Below, in pieces: positions 19,856-30,395 of a stretch of 58,240 nt of DNA. Where the stretch lies: contig JAGWAC010000031.1 of NCBI GenBank assembly GCA_018302125.1, positions 1 through 58,240 of the forward strand, given 5' to 3'. A program made the position numbers and the translations under genes. The first letter of the stretch is position 1; every line of letters starts with the position of its first letter. The notes beneath the pieces are model-generated. The model searched no databases and had not been told where the DNA came from. It worked only from the letters and a program-made list of their open reading frames with translations. Source of the DNA: Candidatus Woesearchaeota archaeon (lineage in GTDB: Archaea; Nanobdellota; Nanobdellia; SCGC-AAA011-G17; JACPIM01).

Positions 19856-20033
19856 TGTCGCAGGCAAAATTAACTCAATAGTTTTTCTAACCAAAAAATT
19901 CTAAGTCTTTTCTTCAAATTCTGTTAGTCAGAAGAATTAAAAATCTTCAAAAAGAAAAGACTAGTTAGAACTATAATAATTTCATATTCATTTTTAGAAA
20001 TTATTGAGAAAAATTTTGTCCTTCGAACTGTAG
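19856..20033 (+). other. 23S BHB intron, 178 nt (~2534/2535)
   Basis: GCAG/CTGT helix, bulges AA^T and AG^G; restores GGCTGTGCAGAAGCAGCC. Confidence 0.85.
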
Positions 20034-20087
20034 GCAGCCAAGGGTGGGGGTGTTCACCCATTAAAATGGTTCGTGAGCTGGGTTAAG

Positions 20088-20171
20088 GAACGGTTGTAAG
20101 CAAATGTATAAGCAAACTAAAACATCTCTGTATATTTGCTGAAGTGAGGTTTAAGTCCTCCCGTTTAATAT
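20088..20171 (+). other. 23S BHB intron, 84 nt (~2588/2589)
   Basis: GTTA/TAAT helix, bulges AG^G and AT^A, stem AACGG/CCGTT; restores GGGTTAAGAACGTTGTGAGACAG. Confidence 0.85.
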
Positions 20172-20572
20172 AACGTTGTGAGACAGTTTGGATTATATCT
20201 ACTGGAGGTGCATAATATCTGAGGGTAAGGATCATTTAGTACGAGAGGAACGGTGATTCGGAGCCTCTGGTCTATCGGTTGTCTGACAAGGCAGGCCGAG
20301 CAGCTACGCTCTAATGGATAACTCCTGAAAGCATCTAAGGAGGAAGCCAAACTCAAAACGAGATATAGGACGCTCAAAGAACATGAGCTTGATAGGACTG
20401 AAGTGTAAGTATGAAGCTTCGGCGACATATTCAGCTTGCAGTTACTAATCGTCCAAAACCATCAAACTTCAAATAATTGCCTATGTACATTTTTTATTTT
20501 TTAATTCTATAATTTTTATCAGAGAAATCTTAATATAATCAAATTTCCGGAGATTTTATTAAAGTGATTTAA

Positions 20573-21187
20573 ATGACAAAGCAAAGAAGATATGGAATTG
20601 ATGTTATTAATATCTACCTAACTCAATTAACAAATCCAAAATTCTCTTTAGAAGAAGAAAAAGGTCTAGCTGAAAGAGCAAGAATAGATGAAAAAGCGAG
20701 AGAAGAACTTTTGTTGGGTACATTGTGGGTGGTTCCAGCTATTGCCAATAGATTCATGGGAAGTGGCTTAGATTATATTGATTTAATTGGTGAGGGAAAT
20801 TACGGCCTTATAAAATCAATAAATTCATTGGATAAGTTTAGGGGGAGTAGCAGATTCAGCACTTATGCAGGAGAAATAATTCTTAACACAATATATGACT
20901 TGCTTAGAAAAGAAAAAAGGCAGGCTAAATTTAAAATAGAAGATTTTACAAAATTAGTTGATCAAAATCCAGGCCCATTAGAAATTTTAGAAAGAAAAGA
21001 ATTATTGGGGAATCTTGAAAAAGCAGTTGAAAATTTATCGCAAGCTGAAAAAAGTTTTTTAAGAAGTCTATTTGTAAAAGATAAGAAAATAAATGCAATA
21101 GCGCAGTCAGTTAATAGAAAAAAACTTTTTTTATATAGAAAAAGAAATAAAATATTTGAAAAAATAAAAGAAAAAATGAAAATTTAA
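20573..21187 (+). CDS. bacterial sigma70-family sigma-factor-like protein
   Basis: Region 1.2 DVINIYL..SLEEEKGLA; region 2 VVPAIANRFMGSGLDYIDLIGEGNYGLIKSI..RFSTYA; C-terminal region-4-like HTH. Confidence 0.85.
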   Translation: MTKQRRYGIDVINIYLTQLTNPKFSLEEEKGLAERARIDEKAREELLLGTLWVVPAIANRFMGSGLDYIDLIGEGNYGLIKSINSLDKFRGSSRFSTYAGEIILNTIYDLLRKEKRQAKFKIEDFTKLVDQNPGPLEILERKELLGNLEKAVENLSQAEKSFLRSLFVKDKKINAIAQSVNRKKLFLYRKRNKIFEKIKEKMKI

Positions 21188-22161
21188 AAATGTTCTAAAT
21201 ATTTCCAAGTTACTTCAATTTCTTCAACTCTCTCATAAGGACTTACATCAGTCTTTATTTTACTGCCAGAATTATATTCCAATATTCCTTGATAAGCAAT
21301 CATTGCACCATGATCACCACTATATTCTAAAGGTACAGAATAAAATTTTGCTTTTCTTTCATTACACATTATTGTAAGCATTTCTCTTAATCTTCTGTTT
21401 GCAGCCACCCCACCAATTAAAACCAATTCCTTTTTTCCGCAATTAGCCATTGCTCTTTCACTTACTTCAGTTAACATTGAAAAACAAGTTTCTTGCAAAC
21501 TAAAGCATAAATCTTCTTTCTTATTGCCTTTCATAAGTAAATCAGCAGCTTTGGTTATTATTCCTGAAAAGCTTAAATCCATCCCCTTAACAATATAGGG
21601 CAGTTCAGAATAGCTTCCTTTTTTAGCCAGTTCTTCAATTTTCGGGCCGCCTGGAAATCCCAAGCCTATTTCTCTTGCAAATTTATCCAAAGCATTTCCT
21701 ATAGCTAAATCCAAAGATTCCCCAACTTGGTGAAATCTTTTATTTTCCAAAATTAAAATTTGCGTGTTTGCTCCAGATACAAATAAGTAAATTGGATCTT
21801 TAACTTTCGTGTGAAAATGAGCAGAACTTAAGTGGCTTGCAACATGATTAACACCAATAATGGGCAAATTCATTTCTTTTCCAAATTCCAATGCAATTTT
21901 CCTTCCTTCATGTAAACTAGGTGGCAATCCTGGGCTTCTTGAAAAACTTATCAAATCTATTTTGGGGTATTTTGCTTTCAAAATAGCTTCTTCAATAATC
22001 CTTTTTCCAACTTTTCTATGATGCTTAGCAGCGTCAATTGGTATTATCCCGCCTTTTTCAGTTTTCAACATGTCTCTTGTATCAGAAAGAATTTTCTTTT
22101 TACTGGAAACTATTCCACATCCAAATGTATGGGAAGTTGATTCAATACCTAAGCATATCAT
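21184..22161 (-). CDS. kae1: Kae1/TsaD t6A synthase (KEOPS)
   Basis: LGIESTSHT, GVNHVASH, VSGANTQ, GNALDKFAR, GGVAAN, DHGAMIA. Confidence 0.95.
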   Translation of the reverse strand: MICLGIESTSHTFGCGIVSSKKKILSDTRDMLKTEKGGIIPIDAAKHHRKVGKRIIEEAILKAKYPKIDLISFSRSPGLPPSLHEGRKIALEFGKEMNLPIIGVNHVASHLSSAHFHTKVKDPIYLFVSGANTQILILENKRFHQVGESLDLAIGNALDKFAREIGLGFPGGPKIEELAKKGSYSELPYIVKGMDLSFSGIITKAADLLMKGNKKEDLCFSLQETCFSMLTEVSERAMANCGKKELVLIGGVAANRRLREMLTIMCNERKAKFYSVPLEYSGDHGAMIAYQGILEYNSGSKIKTDVSPYERVEEIEVTWKYLEHF

Positions 22162-22209
22162 AAATAAAAGAAAAAAATAAAGATTAAAAATCTTTTTATC
22201 TAAAACTAT

Positions 22210-22617
22210 TTAGAGTATATAGTCATCAGCCGAATATTTTCCAGCACCTATTAAAGCCAATGTCAAAAGTCCAGCAAACAAGGTTAACACAAATTCTATT
22301 CCCCCTGGAACTAAAAATCCATTTGGCAAGTGTACCAGCAATAAAGCAACCAACATATTAACAGCTAATAATACACTAGTATATCTTGTCATTAATCCCA
22401 ATAATAAAGCAATTCCACCAAAAAATTCAAGCAAAGAAACTATAATTGCAAAAAATGTAGGTAAAGGAATCCCTAAACTTGCAAAAAATCCAGCTGTTCC
22501 TCCTGGAAAGTTCCCAGTAAATAATTTTAAGTATCCATGATAGATAAATACTGCTCCCAAGGCAATTCTTAAAGGCAACAACCCATAATCCGAATATTTT
22601 TTTAAATGATGTGTCAT
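22210..22617 (-). CDS. DoxX family membrane protein
   Basis: LRIALGAVFIYHG..K, LEFFGG, GGIEF, GAGKYSAD. Confidence 0.9.
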   Translation of the reverse strand: MTHHLKKYSDYGLLPLRIALGAVFIYHGYLKLFTGNFPGGTAGFFASLGIPLPTFFAIIVSLLEFFGGIALLLGLMTRYTSVLLAVNMLVALLLVHLPNGFLVPGGIEFVLTLFAGLLTLALIGAGKYSADDYIL

Positions 22618-22627
22618 TTTTCCTCCT

Positions 22628-23014
22628 TTATAATATAAATTTTGTTGTTTTTATTTCGTCATATAATTTCATGTAGTCTGGTGCTTTTGTTAAACTCTTT
22701 ATTTTAGCAAACTTTGAGCAAAGACCTTGAAAAAAATACAACAATTTTTCTTCTATTTCCTCTTCATTCTCAATTCTTGTTATATAGATATTTTGTAAAA
22801 TATCATTACTATCTTCCACTATCATCCTGTCTTTTTTCTTAATTTCCAATAAAATGCTGTTCACAATTTCCACTGGGTTCTTTAGATAAAATTGTTTCAC
22901 TATTTGCTCTACCTGATCATTTCTTGTAAATGTAATTCTTATAGATGAAATAGATTCTTTTGGTTTAAAGTCTAAAATCTCTAATTTTTTTACTCTGTAA
23001 ATTGTTTTCTGCAT
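22628..23014 (-). CDS. hypothetical protein
   Basis: ORF track; co-oriented in operon. Confidence 0.6.
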   Translation of the reverse strand: MQKTIYRVKKLEILDFKPKESISSIRITFTRNDQVEQIVKQFYLKNPVEIVNSILLEIKKKDRMIVEDSNDILQNIYITRIENEEEIEEKLLYFFQGLCSKFAKIKSLTKAPDYMKLYDEIKTTKFIL

Positions 23015-23090
23015 AGTCTAGGTAATATTGTCAAATTTAAAAACTTTATTACATTCCATTTTTCTTTTCGTAAATTTTCCTAAAGTTTTT

Positions 23091-23699
23091 TTAACTTCTA
23101 AGAAACTTATCAATATTAAAATTCTTTGCAAATTCTAAACATTTCATCATTTTTTCTTTACTTCCATAAATTACTCCTTTTAAATCTTCAAGGCTTTCTT
23201 CTAAAGAAATAGAAGTGTTGATAAAATATTTAAATAAAGATAGATAAGTTAATTCTTTTCTTATGCTTTCAATTCTTTGCCCAGAATTAGAATCTTCCTT
23301 AAGCCTTATTCTTTGAATTAAAGTAGTAAATTTCTCTGGTGTAATAAAAATAGTAACCATGTCTTTATCCAAATCTTTATGATTTTTTAAAATATTAGCT
23401 ACTCCCTGAACATCCATTACCCAAACTACTTTTTTGCCTTCTTGTTTTAATTTATTTTTAACTTCATCTTTCAAAGTGCCATAATAATTTCCATGTACTA
23501 ATGCAGTTTCTATAAATTTGCTCAGGTCTTTAAAATCCTCTTCTTTTAAAAAATAGTAGTCATTTTTGTCAACTTCTCCCTCTCTTGGCTTTCTGCTTGT
23601 GGACGTGACAATCCTGGCTATTTTCGGGTCTTTTAGCAATAAATTTACTAATGTAGTTTTTCCTGATTGTGCAAAGCCAGAAATAATATATAAAACCAT
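23091..23699 (-). CDS. gmk: guanylate kinase
   Basis: GFAQSGKTT, TSRKPREGEVDKNDYYF, HGNYYGT. Confidence 0.88.
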   Translation of the reverse strand: MVLYIISGFAQSGKTTLVNLLLKDPKIARIVTSTSRKPREGEVDKNDYYFLKEEDFKDLSKFIETALVHGNYYGTLKDEVKNKLKQEGKKVVWVMDVQGVANILKNHKDLDKDMVTIFITPEKFTTLIQRIRLKEDSNSGQRIESIRKELTYLSLFKYFINTSISLEESLEDLKGVIYGSKEKMMKCLEFAKNFNIDKFLRS

Positions 23700-23761
23700 A
23701 GTCTAAAAACTCATTAATTTAATATAAATATTTTTATATTCTCTATTTATTCTTTTTAGAT

Positions 23762-24217
23762 ATGTTGACAGAAAAATCAGTTGGGGGTATTATATTTTTT
23801 GAAGAAAATAATAAAAGAAAATATCTTTTATTAGAGTATGAAAGAATAAACGACCAAAAAGGACAACATAAATATTGGGATTTTCCAAAAGGTCATGTAG
23901 AAAAAGATGAAAAAGAAACAGACACCTTATTTCGAGAAATAAAAGAAGAAACTGGGCTAGAAGACGTAAATCTAATTCTGGGGTTTAAAGAAAAATTAAA
24001 ATATTTCTTCAAAAAAGATAGTAAATTAATTAGTAAAGAAGTTATCTATTACTTATTAAAGTCAAATACAAAAGAAGTTAAAATATCTTTTGAGCATAAA
24101 GGGTTTAAATGGATTGATTATGAAGAAGCTTTAAAGCAGATAGAGTTCAAGTCCTCAAGAGATATGTTAAAAAAAGCTGAAAACTTTATTAAGAGCTCAT
24201 TAATGAATTATGAATAA
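23762..24217 (+). CDS. NUDIX hydrolase (Ap4A hydrolase-like)
   Basis: WDFPKGHVEKDE...FREIKEETG. Confidence 0.88.
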   Translation: MLTEKSVGGIIFFEENNKRKYLLLEYERINDQKGQHKYWDFPKGHVEKDEKETDTLFREIKEETGLEDVNLILGFKEKLKYFFKKDSKLISKEVIYYLLKSNTKEVKISFEHKGFKWIDYEEALKQIEFKSSRDMLKKAENFIKSSLMNYE

Positions 24218-24284
24218 ATTTAAAAACAAGCATTTTAGTTTTTTAGTTAACCTAGAGAATGAAAAGAAACTAGGTTCTTATAAA

Positions 24285-24431
24285 ATGGCAGATATAAAAG
24301 CACTTTGTTCAATATGCGGTAAAAACTGGGCTGATTTGGTTTGTGATAATTGTTTGTCCTATGTTTGTCAGGAATGTTTTGATAAAGATAAAAAAATGTG
24401 TAAGCCTTGCACTAAAGGCCCACAGTTTTAG
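24285..24431 (+). CDS. small 8-Cys zinc-finger protein
   Basis: MADIKALCSIC..CDNC..CQEC..CKPC; likelier start at 24285 than 24210. Confidence 0.65.
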   Translation: MADIKALCSICGKNWADLVCDNCLSYVCQECFDKDKKMCKPCTKGPQF

Positions 24432-24512
24432 CATTATTAAATCTCTTAATTTCTAAAAATTTATAAGCTTATCTGGCTTAAATAAGAAATCCCAAAAATA
24501 AACCAAAACAAA

Positions 24513-25445
24513 ATGAAATTAGAAAATTTATTTAAATATTTAACAGGAGCTTTTATAGTTCTAATGTTGACTGATGCTATTACGACAACTAAAGAAGAGA
24601 TAGCTACGCGAGAGAAAGCCAGACAAGAAACTAAAATGCATAGAAATCTGCAAAAATATGGCTCTGTTTTATACATAAAAAACCCAGAAGCAGAAAACCA
24701 GATTTATATTGTCTTGCTAGAAAACCCAACAGATTATAAATTGCTTTATGGAAGCAGAAGAAGAGCAAGAGTTAAACTAGAAACATACAGAATAGCTGAA
24801 TCAATAATAAAAGCCAGAAAATTAGAACTAATTCTTATGCCAGGAGATTATGAAAATCACAATTATGATTTCTTAACCTATGAATTTTTTAAAGGAAAAT
24901 TATCAGATGAAGATTTATCTGAATTAAAAGAAATTGACGATGATGCTCTGGAAAAAAGGATGTTAGATCTACCCATAAAAAAAACGCCAGAACATTCTCA
25001 AAAAATAATGGATGTCCCGAGACTGTTAAAACTTAATTTCCCGGATTTAAAAATGTTGGGAGTTGACAATGATCAATTGTATGTCTTAAGCTTAATAATC
25101 TCTGATTTACTAGAAACAGAAAAAAAACCATCAAAAAGAAAGCAGTTCTTATCAGATTTAGACTACTTAAATTCACTAAGATCAGCACAGGCTTTAATAA
25201 ATGCACCGTTAAAAACTGAAGCAGAATTTGACGAAGGCAGAATTCAAAAAAGAGAAGCAATAATTCTTATTGAAATCTCAAATGAGATAATACCTTCAAT
25301 AAGAGTAAATAAAGTAAAGATTTTACAAAGACAAATAAAATTAGAAGACAGAATAATTGAGTCTTTTGGTTTAGAAGAAAATCTTTCTTTTGGTAAAAGA
25401 GGCTATGGGGTTAAAGTAATAGCTCCTAATTGTCTTTTAAACTAA
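24513..25445 (+). CDS. hypothetical protein with N-terminal signal/TM segment
   Basis: 310-aa ORF, hydrophobic N-terminus; no family recognised. Confidence 0.6.
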   Translation: MKLENLFKYLTGAFIVLMLTDAITTTKEEIATREKARQETKMHRNLQKYGSVLYIKNPEAENQIYIVLLENPTDYKLLYGSRRRARVKLETYRIAESIIKARKLELILMPGDYENHNYDFLTYEFFKGKLSDEDLSELKEIDDDALEKRMLDLPIKKTPEHSQKIMDVPRLLKLNFPDLKMLGVDNDQLYVLSLIISDLLETEKKPSKRKQFLSDLDYLNSLRSAQALINAPLKTEAEFDEGRIQKREAIILIEISNEIIPSIRVNKVKILQRQIKLEDRIIESFGLEENLSFGKRGYGVKVIAPNCLLN

Positions 25446-25477
25446 AAAATAATTTTGACTGGGCTTCTTGCAAAAGT

Positions 25478-26671
25478 TTATCTCTTAACTACAATCTCAA
25501 TAATATCCCTGTTCTTCAGCAAATATTCTTTTCCAATTACTCTTTTTGCCCTAACGTCATAAGCCTTAATGAAGTTGTTTCCTAAATCAGTATGTAGTCT
25601 AAATGCAAAATCTAAAGCACTAGAACCATCAGGCATCAAGTAACAATCTGGAATAGTTCTCCCTTCAGAATCTTTTAAATTATTTAAACCACCAGGAAAT
25701 ATAGCTAAATATTTTAATAAATCGAAAACAGCAAAATCCAAAATATCCTGTACTCCAGTGCTTCCATAAATATCAAGAACATTCTTTTGGATATATTCCA
25801 GCGCATTTTTCTGTTCTTTAGTTAATTTATCTGAAATAATTTTAAAGCTATTTTCACCAGGAATATACTCAATTAATTCATGTTTTGCAGCCTCCCGTAA
25901 AGCTAATTCAGAATCAGCTGAACTAGGAATAATAGTATATTCAGGAAAACTTTCCTTTAATCTGTCTAAATTTAATTTACTTCCATTAATATCTATTTTA
26001 TTAGCAGCAATAATAATTGGTTTTGTCACTCTTCGTAATTCACTTGCTAAACTCTTTAAATCATCATTACTCCACTCAGTCGGATGGTGGATTAATTTTA
26101 ATTTTTTTATTGATTCTTCAACATTTTCTTCTGCAACTTTTAAACTAGAAAGTTGTTTTGCAAGAGCTTTTTTTATATTTTGATTTTCTTGTTGCACAGT
26201 CCTTGCAAATTTCTCCCAACCTTTTTTCATTATTCCAAAATACCACATATCTAATTCATGCTCTAAAAATCTAACATCTTTCAAAGGATCGTGGCTTAAA
26301 GGCTTCACACTTTCTCCTTTTTCATTTGTACTCCCAGAAATATCAATAATGTGGATTAATGCATCTGCTGAAGCAATACTGGTAAGAAATTCATTTCCTC
26401 TGCCAGCACCAATATGACTGCCTTCTATAAGTCCAGGAATATCAGTTAGTTTTATAGGTACAAACCTATTTTCATTAATGCAGTACCCAAATCTTGGAGT
26501 GCATTTAACCTTAAATTCTCCTTCAATACATTTTACCTTTACATATGCAATTCCTTCCTGGCTTTTTAAGGTTGTGAAGGGATAATTAGCTATTTCTGCT
26601 TCAGCTAAAGTAGCAGCCTTAAAAAAACTGCTTTTTCCTACAGATGGTTTTCCAAATAAAGCTATAAACAT
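25478..26671 (-). CDS. YchF/Obg-family GTPase with TGS domain
   Basis: GKPSVGKSS, NYPFTT, DIPG, NKID, C-terminal TGS. Confidence 0.92.
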   Translation of the reverse strand: MFIALFGKPSVGKSSFFKAATLAEAEIANYPFTTLKSQEGIAYVKVKCIEGEFKVKCTPRFGYCINENRFVPIKLTDIPGLIEGSHIGAGRGNEFLTSIASADALIHIIDISGSTNEKGESVKPLSHDPLKDVRFLEHELDMWYFGIMKKGWEKFARTVQQENQNIKKALAKQLSSLKVAEENVEESIKKLKLIHHPTEWSNDDLKSLASELRRVTKPIIIAANKIDINGSKLNLDRLKESFPEYTIIPSSADSELALREAAKHELIEYIPGENSFKIISDKLTKEQKNALEYIQKNVLDIYGSTGVQDILDFAVFDLLKYLAIFPGGLNNLKDSEGRTIPDCYLMPDGSSALDFAFRLHTDLGNNFIKAYDVRAKRVIGKEYLLKNRDIIEIVVKR

Positions 26672-26905
26672 ATTTCTTTTTTATAAAAAACTCCTTTAAA
26701 AAATTATTGTAAATCTAAATTATGGGTATATTTGCTCTATTGTTATTAAAAATCTCTTTTTAACAAAAATGTTTAGTCGAGCCATAATCAAGTGCCTTTA
26801 TAAATTAATTTTTTTGCAGCATCTTTAGCTGTAAAAAATCCTTTTATAACTATTGATATTTTTCCAAAAAGTCATTTTATAAGAATAAATTAAAAAATAG
26901 CAAAA

Positions 26906-27754
26906 CTATTTTAAAACAGAATAAACTTTTCTAAATACAGCATTAAAAAATTCTTTATTAAAGTTTTTCTTCTTAAAATCCCTAAAATATAAAATTATTA
27001 ATTCATGGCATTTTTTGGAAACCTTATTAATATTTGATTCATAGCATTTTGAAAGATATCTTACTAATTCATGAGCGCGTTTAGTTTTATACAAAGGCAA
27101 AATTACAGAAATTAAGCTTAATTCAAATTCAAAAACCAATCTTATTAAATCCAAATCATATTGGGCGCTTTTCTTTAAATCGCCGTAAAAAACAGGTCTT
27201 GGACATATCTTTCTGTCAAATTCTAATTTATAATAAGTTATTAAATATTTTGTTAATTTATTCTTGACTAGTTCATTATTTGCATAAATATCTTTTAAAG
27301 TAAGAATAGAAATTGTAGAAATGTCATTAAATAACCACTCTAAATCCCTTTTTTCATATTTTAATTTCATAAATAATTGGTGGTTTCTTCCCATTATATT
27401 CTCAAAATCTTCCAAAACTTTTTTATATACTCCCTTGTTTATTTGGTTAATATGGCTGATCTCATGCAATAATAATCCAATTAAACTGTCTTCCTTCTTA
27501 GCCAGAACTTTATCCATATAAATTATGATCACCCCCCTATTTTTATACTTGAAAGAAAAAGAGATTTTATGCGAGCAAGCAATTTTAAGTCTTTTTTGAA
27601 TATTTCGAGGTAATTTAATAGAATAACATAAATTGATATTTTCTAGAAAATAAATATGTAAATTTCTAGGTATTTTAATAAGCCTCTTTGTTTTATTAAA
27701 TGTATTTTCAATATAATTCTTGTCTAAATGCCCAATAACCTTTATATTCATCAA
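26906..27754 (-). CDS. putative zinc metalloprotease-like protein
   Basis: GLLLHEISH (HExxH). Confidence 0.5.
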   Translation of the reverse strand: MMNIKVIGHLDKNYIENTFNKTKRLIKIPRNLHIYFLENINLCYSIKLPRNIQKRLKIACSHKISFSFKYKNRGVIIIYMDKVLAKKEDSLIGLLLHEISHINQINKGVYKKVLEDFENIMGRNHQLFMKLKYEKRDLEWLFNDISTISILTLKDIYANNELVKNKLTKYLITYYKLEFDRKICPRPVFYGDLKKSAQYDLDLIRLVFEFELSLISVILPLYKTKRAHELVRYLSKCYESNINKVSKKCHELIILYFRDFKKKNFNKEFFNAVFRKVYSVLK

Positions 27755-27809
27755 TAAAATATAGTAAATTTTAAATATATATAATTTTGCAAGTATTTTT
27801 AGTTTTCAA

Positions 27810-28532
27810 ATGTTAAAATTTACCTCTAAAGTAATAGAAGTTTTTGATGAAACACCTGACACAAGAACAATTAGGTTTGAAGTAGATCCATCTTTTTCAT
27901 TTAAACCAGGTCAGTTTGTAATGATAAACGCAGATGTAAAAGTAAATGGAGAGAAAAAAATTATAAAAAGAGCTTATTCAATATCATCTTCTCCATTAAA
28001 AAAAGAGCATATAGATCTAACAGTTAAGACCTATGAAACAGGTTTAGTTTCTAAAAGACTTTATTTCATAAAAAAAGATGAAAAAATGGAAATTTCAGGT
28101 CCTTTTGGACATTTTATATTTGATGAAAATATTCATAAGCATATTGCTTTAATTGGAGCTGGTTCAGGTATTACACCATTAATGTGCATGATGCGTTATA
28201 TCCAAGACAAAAATCTAGATAATATTGAGGTAGATATAATTTATTCTTCAAAAACTCCAGATGATATAATCTTTAGAGAAGAGTTCTTGAAAAATAGTAA
28301 AAGAAATATAAAAATTAACCTTACAATAACAAGACCAGCTCAAAACAATTCATGGAAATTAACAGGAAGAATTGACGAACAAATGTTAAGGCATTGTATA
28401 AAAGAAATAAATTCACCTTATTATTATATAGCTGGTCCAACACCAATGGTAGAAGAAACAAATAAATTATTAAAACAAATTGGTGTTTCAGAAGAAAAAA
28501 TAAAATTAGAGAGATTTGGAGCTAATGCATAA
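27810..28532 (+). CDS. ferredoxin-NADP reductase-like FAD oxidoreductase
   Basis: RAYSISS, GAGSGITP, GRID, YIAGP. Confidence 0.9.
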   Translation: MLKFTSKVIEVFDETPDTRTIRFEVDPSFSFKPGQFVMINADVKVNGEKKIIKRAYSISSSPLKKEHIDLTVKTYETGLVSKRLYFIKKDEKMEISGPFGHFIFDENIHKHIALIGAGSGITPLMCMMRYIQDKNLDNIEVDIIYSSKTPDDIIFREEFLKNSKRNIKINLTITRPAQNNSWKLTGRIDEQMLRHCIKEINSPYYYIAGPTPMVEETNKLLKQIGVSEEKIKLERFGANA

Positions 28533-28573
28533 AAATTCTAAAACTTTAAATATTCAAAAACCAGAACAATTCT

Positions 28574-29698
28574 ATGGAAAAAAAAGAGTTTACAGTTACT
28601 CCATGGGAAGTTAAAGGCGAAGTAGACTATGATAAATTAGTAGAACAATTTGGTGTTCAAAAAATTGATAATCTTATTCTAAATAGAATACAAAAACATA
28701 CTAAAGAATTGCATTTCATGCTAAGAAGAAAAATATTTTTTGCTCATAGAGATATAAATTGGTTATTAGATGAATATGAAAAAGGGAATAAATTTTATAT
28801 TTATACAGGAAGAGCGCCTTCTGGCCCAGTACATTTAGGCCACTTAATGATTTGGGTATTTACAAAATGGTTGCAGGATAAATTCAAAACTGAATTATTA
28901 TTTCAATTTCCAGATGAAGAAAAATTCCTGTTTAAAGAAAATTTATCCTTAGAAAAGTCAGAAGAATATTTGCATGAGAATATGCTTGATGTAATTGCAT
29001 TAGGTTTTGATCCTAAAAAAACTAAATTCTTAATAGATACAAAAAATGCAGACTTAATGTATAAAGAAGCTTGTAAAGTTGCAAAAAAAATAACTTTTTC
29101 AACAGTTAAAGCAGCTTTTGGATTAAATGAACAATCAAATATTGGAGCAATATTTTATACTTCAATGCAAGCAGTTCCAGCATTTTTGCCATCAGTTTTA
29201 AAAAATAAAAAAATTCCTTGTTTAATTCTCCATGCAATAGACCAAGATGTCCATTTCAGAATTACAAGAGATATTTTGCCAAAATTAGGATATTATAAAC
29301 CAGCTTCAATTCAGGGAATTTTCTTGCCGCCTTTAACAGGACCATTAGGAAAAATGTCAGCATCAGAAGAATCATCTGCAATTTACACTACAGATTCTTC
29401 AAAAGAAAGCGAAAATAAAATTAAAAAATACGCTTTTTCAGGTGGACAAGCAACAATAGAAGAACATAGAAAAAAAGGAGGAAATCCAGACATAGACGTA
29501 TCTTACCAATGGTTAAGAATGTTCTTTGAGCCAGATGATAAAAAATTAATGAAGATTCATGACGATTATAAATCAGGAAGATTACTAACTGGAGAATTAA
29601 AAGAAATCTTAATAGAAAAAGTTATAAAATTCTTAAAAGAACATCAAAAGAAAAGAGAACAAGCAAAAAAACAAATTAATAAATTCCTAATTAAATAA
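28574..29698 (+). CDS. trpS: tryptophanyl-tRNA synthetase (archaeal/eukaryotic type)
   Basis: VTPW, YTGRAPS, HLGH, DQD, KMSAS. Confidence 0.95.
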   Translation: MEKKEFTVTPWEVKGEVDYDKLVEQFGVQKIDNLILNRIQKHTKELHFMLRRKIFFAHRDINWLLDEYEKGNKFYIYTGRAPSGPVHLGHLMIWVFTKWLQDKFKTELLFQFPDEEKFLFKENLSLEKSEEYLHENMLDVIALGFDPKKTKFLIDTKNADLMYKEACKVAKKITFSTVKAAFGLNEQSNIGAIFYTSMQAVPAFLPSVLKNKKIPCLILHAIDQDVHFRITRDILPKLGYYKPASIQGIFLPPLTGPLGKMSASEESSAIYTTDSSKESENKIKKYAFSGGQATIEEHRKKGGNPDIDVSYQWLRMFFEPDDKKLMKIHDDYKSGRLLTGELKEILIEKVIKFLKEHQKKREQAKKQINKFLIK

Positions 29699-29799
29699 TT
29701 ATTTTTTATTCTATTTAAGAAAATAGATTATTAAACCTACCACTAAAAAGATTTATATATAACCTAAGTTAAATAATATATAACTCATATATAATAAAA

Positions 29800-30006
29800 A
29801 TGAAAACATACTCAAAAACTAGAGCAATCGGAGGATCCTTGGTAGTTACAATACCGGCAAATATAGTCAAAGCCGAAAGAATAAAAGAAAATGAACTAGT
29901 AGAAATAGAAATAAAAAAAACCAAAAAAGACTATTTTGGTACTCTAAAAGGAATTGGACGTTTTACAGAAGAAGATGAATTAAAAGGTCAATTAGAAGAA
30001 GAATGA
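29800..30006 (+). CDS. AbrB/MazE-type antitoxin
   Basis: RAIGGSLVVTIP; overlaps the PIN gene. Confidence 0.85.
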   Translation: MKTYSKTRAIGGSLVVTIPANIVKAERIKENELVEIEIKKTKKDYFGTLKGIGRFTEEDELKGQLEEE

Positions 30007-30386
30007 AATACCTTATTGATGCATATGCCTGGGTTGAATATTTAACAGGAGGCAAGTTAGGAGAAAAAGTTAGAGAACTAATCCTAAGTGATAATGAAAT
30101 AATTTCTTTAAATATTACAATTGCTGAAGTGGTAAGCAAAATTAAAAGAAAAAAAGAAAATGCAGAAATAGCTTATAACGCAATAAATTCAAATTCACAA
30201 ATTATAAGCATAACTCCAGAAATAGCAAAAGAAGCTGGTATAATTCATGCAGAGACAAGAGAAAAAATTAAAAATTTTGGTTTAGTTGATGCTTTATTAT
30301 TAGTAATTGCAAGAGAAATAAAAGCAAAAATCATTACTGGAGATCATCACTTAAAAGATTTTAAAGAAGCCATTTTTATAGAATAA
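30003..30386 (+). CDS. vapC: VapC-like PIN toxin
   Basis: LIDAYAW, TIAEV, GLVDALL, ITGDHH. Confidence 0.85.
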   Translation: MKYLIDAYAWVEYLTGGKLGEKVRELILSDNEIISLNITIAEVVSKIKRKKENAEIAYNAINSNSQIISITPEIAKEAGIIHAETREKIKNFGLVDALLLVIAREIKAKIITGDHHLKDFKEAIFIE

Positions 30387-30395
30387 TGAAAATAC

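Noticed and set aside
24513-25445. Possible ChaN/TraB/EreA-superfamily fold
   Set aside because: Only vague strand patterns; catalytic residues not evident
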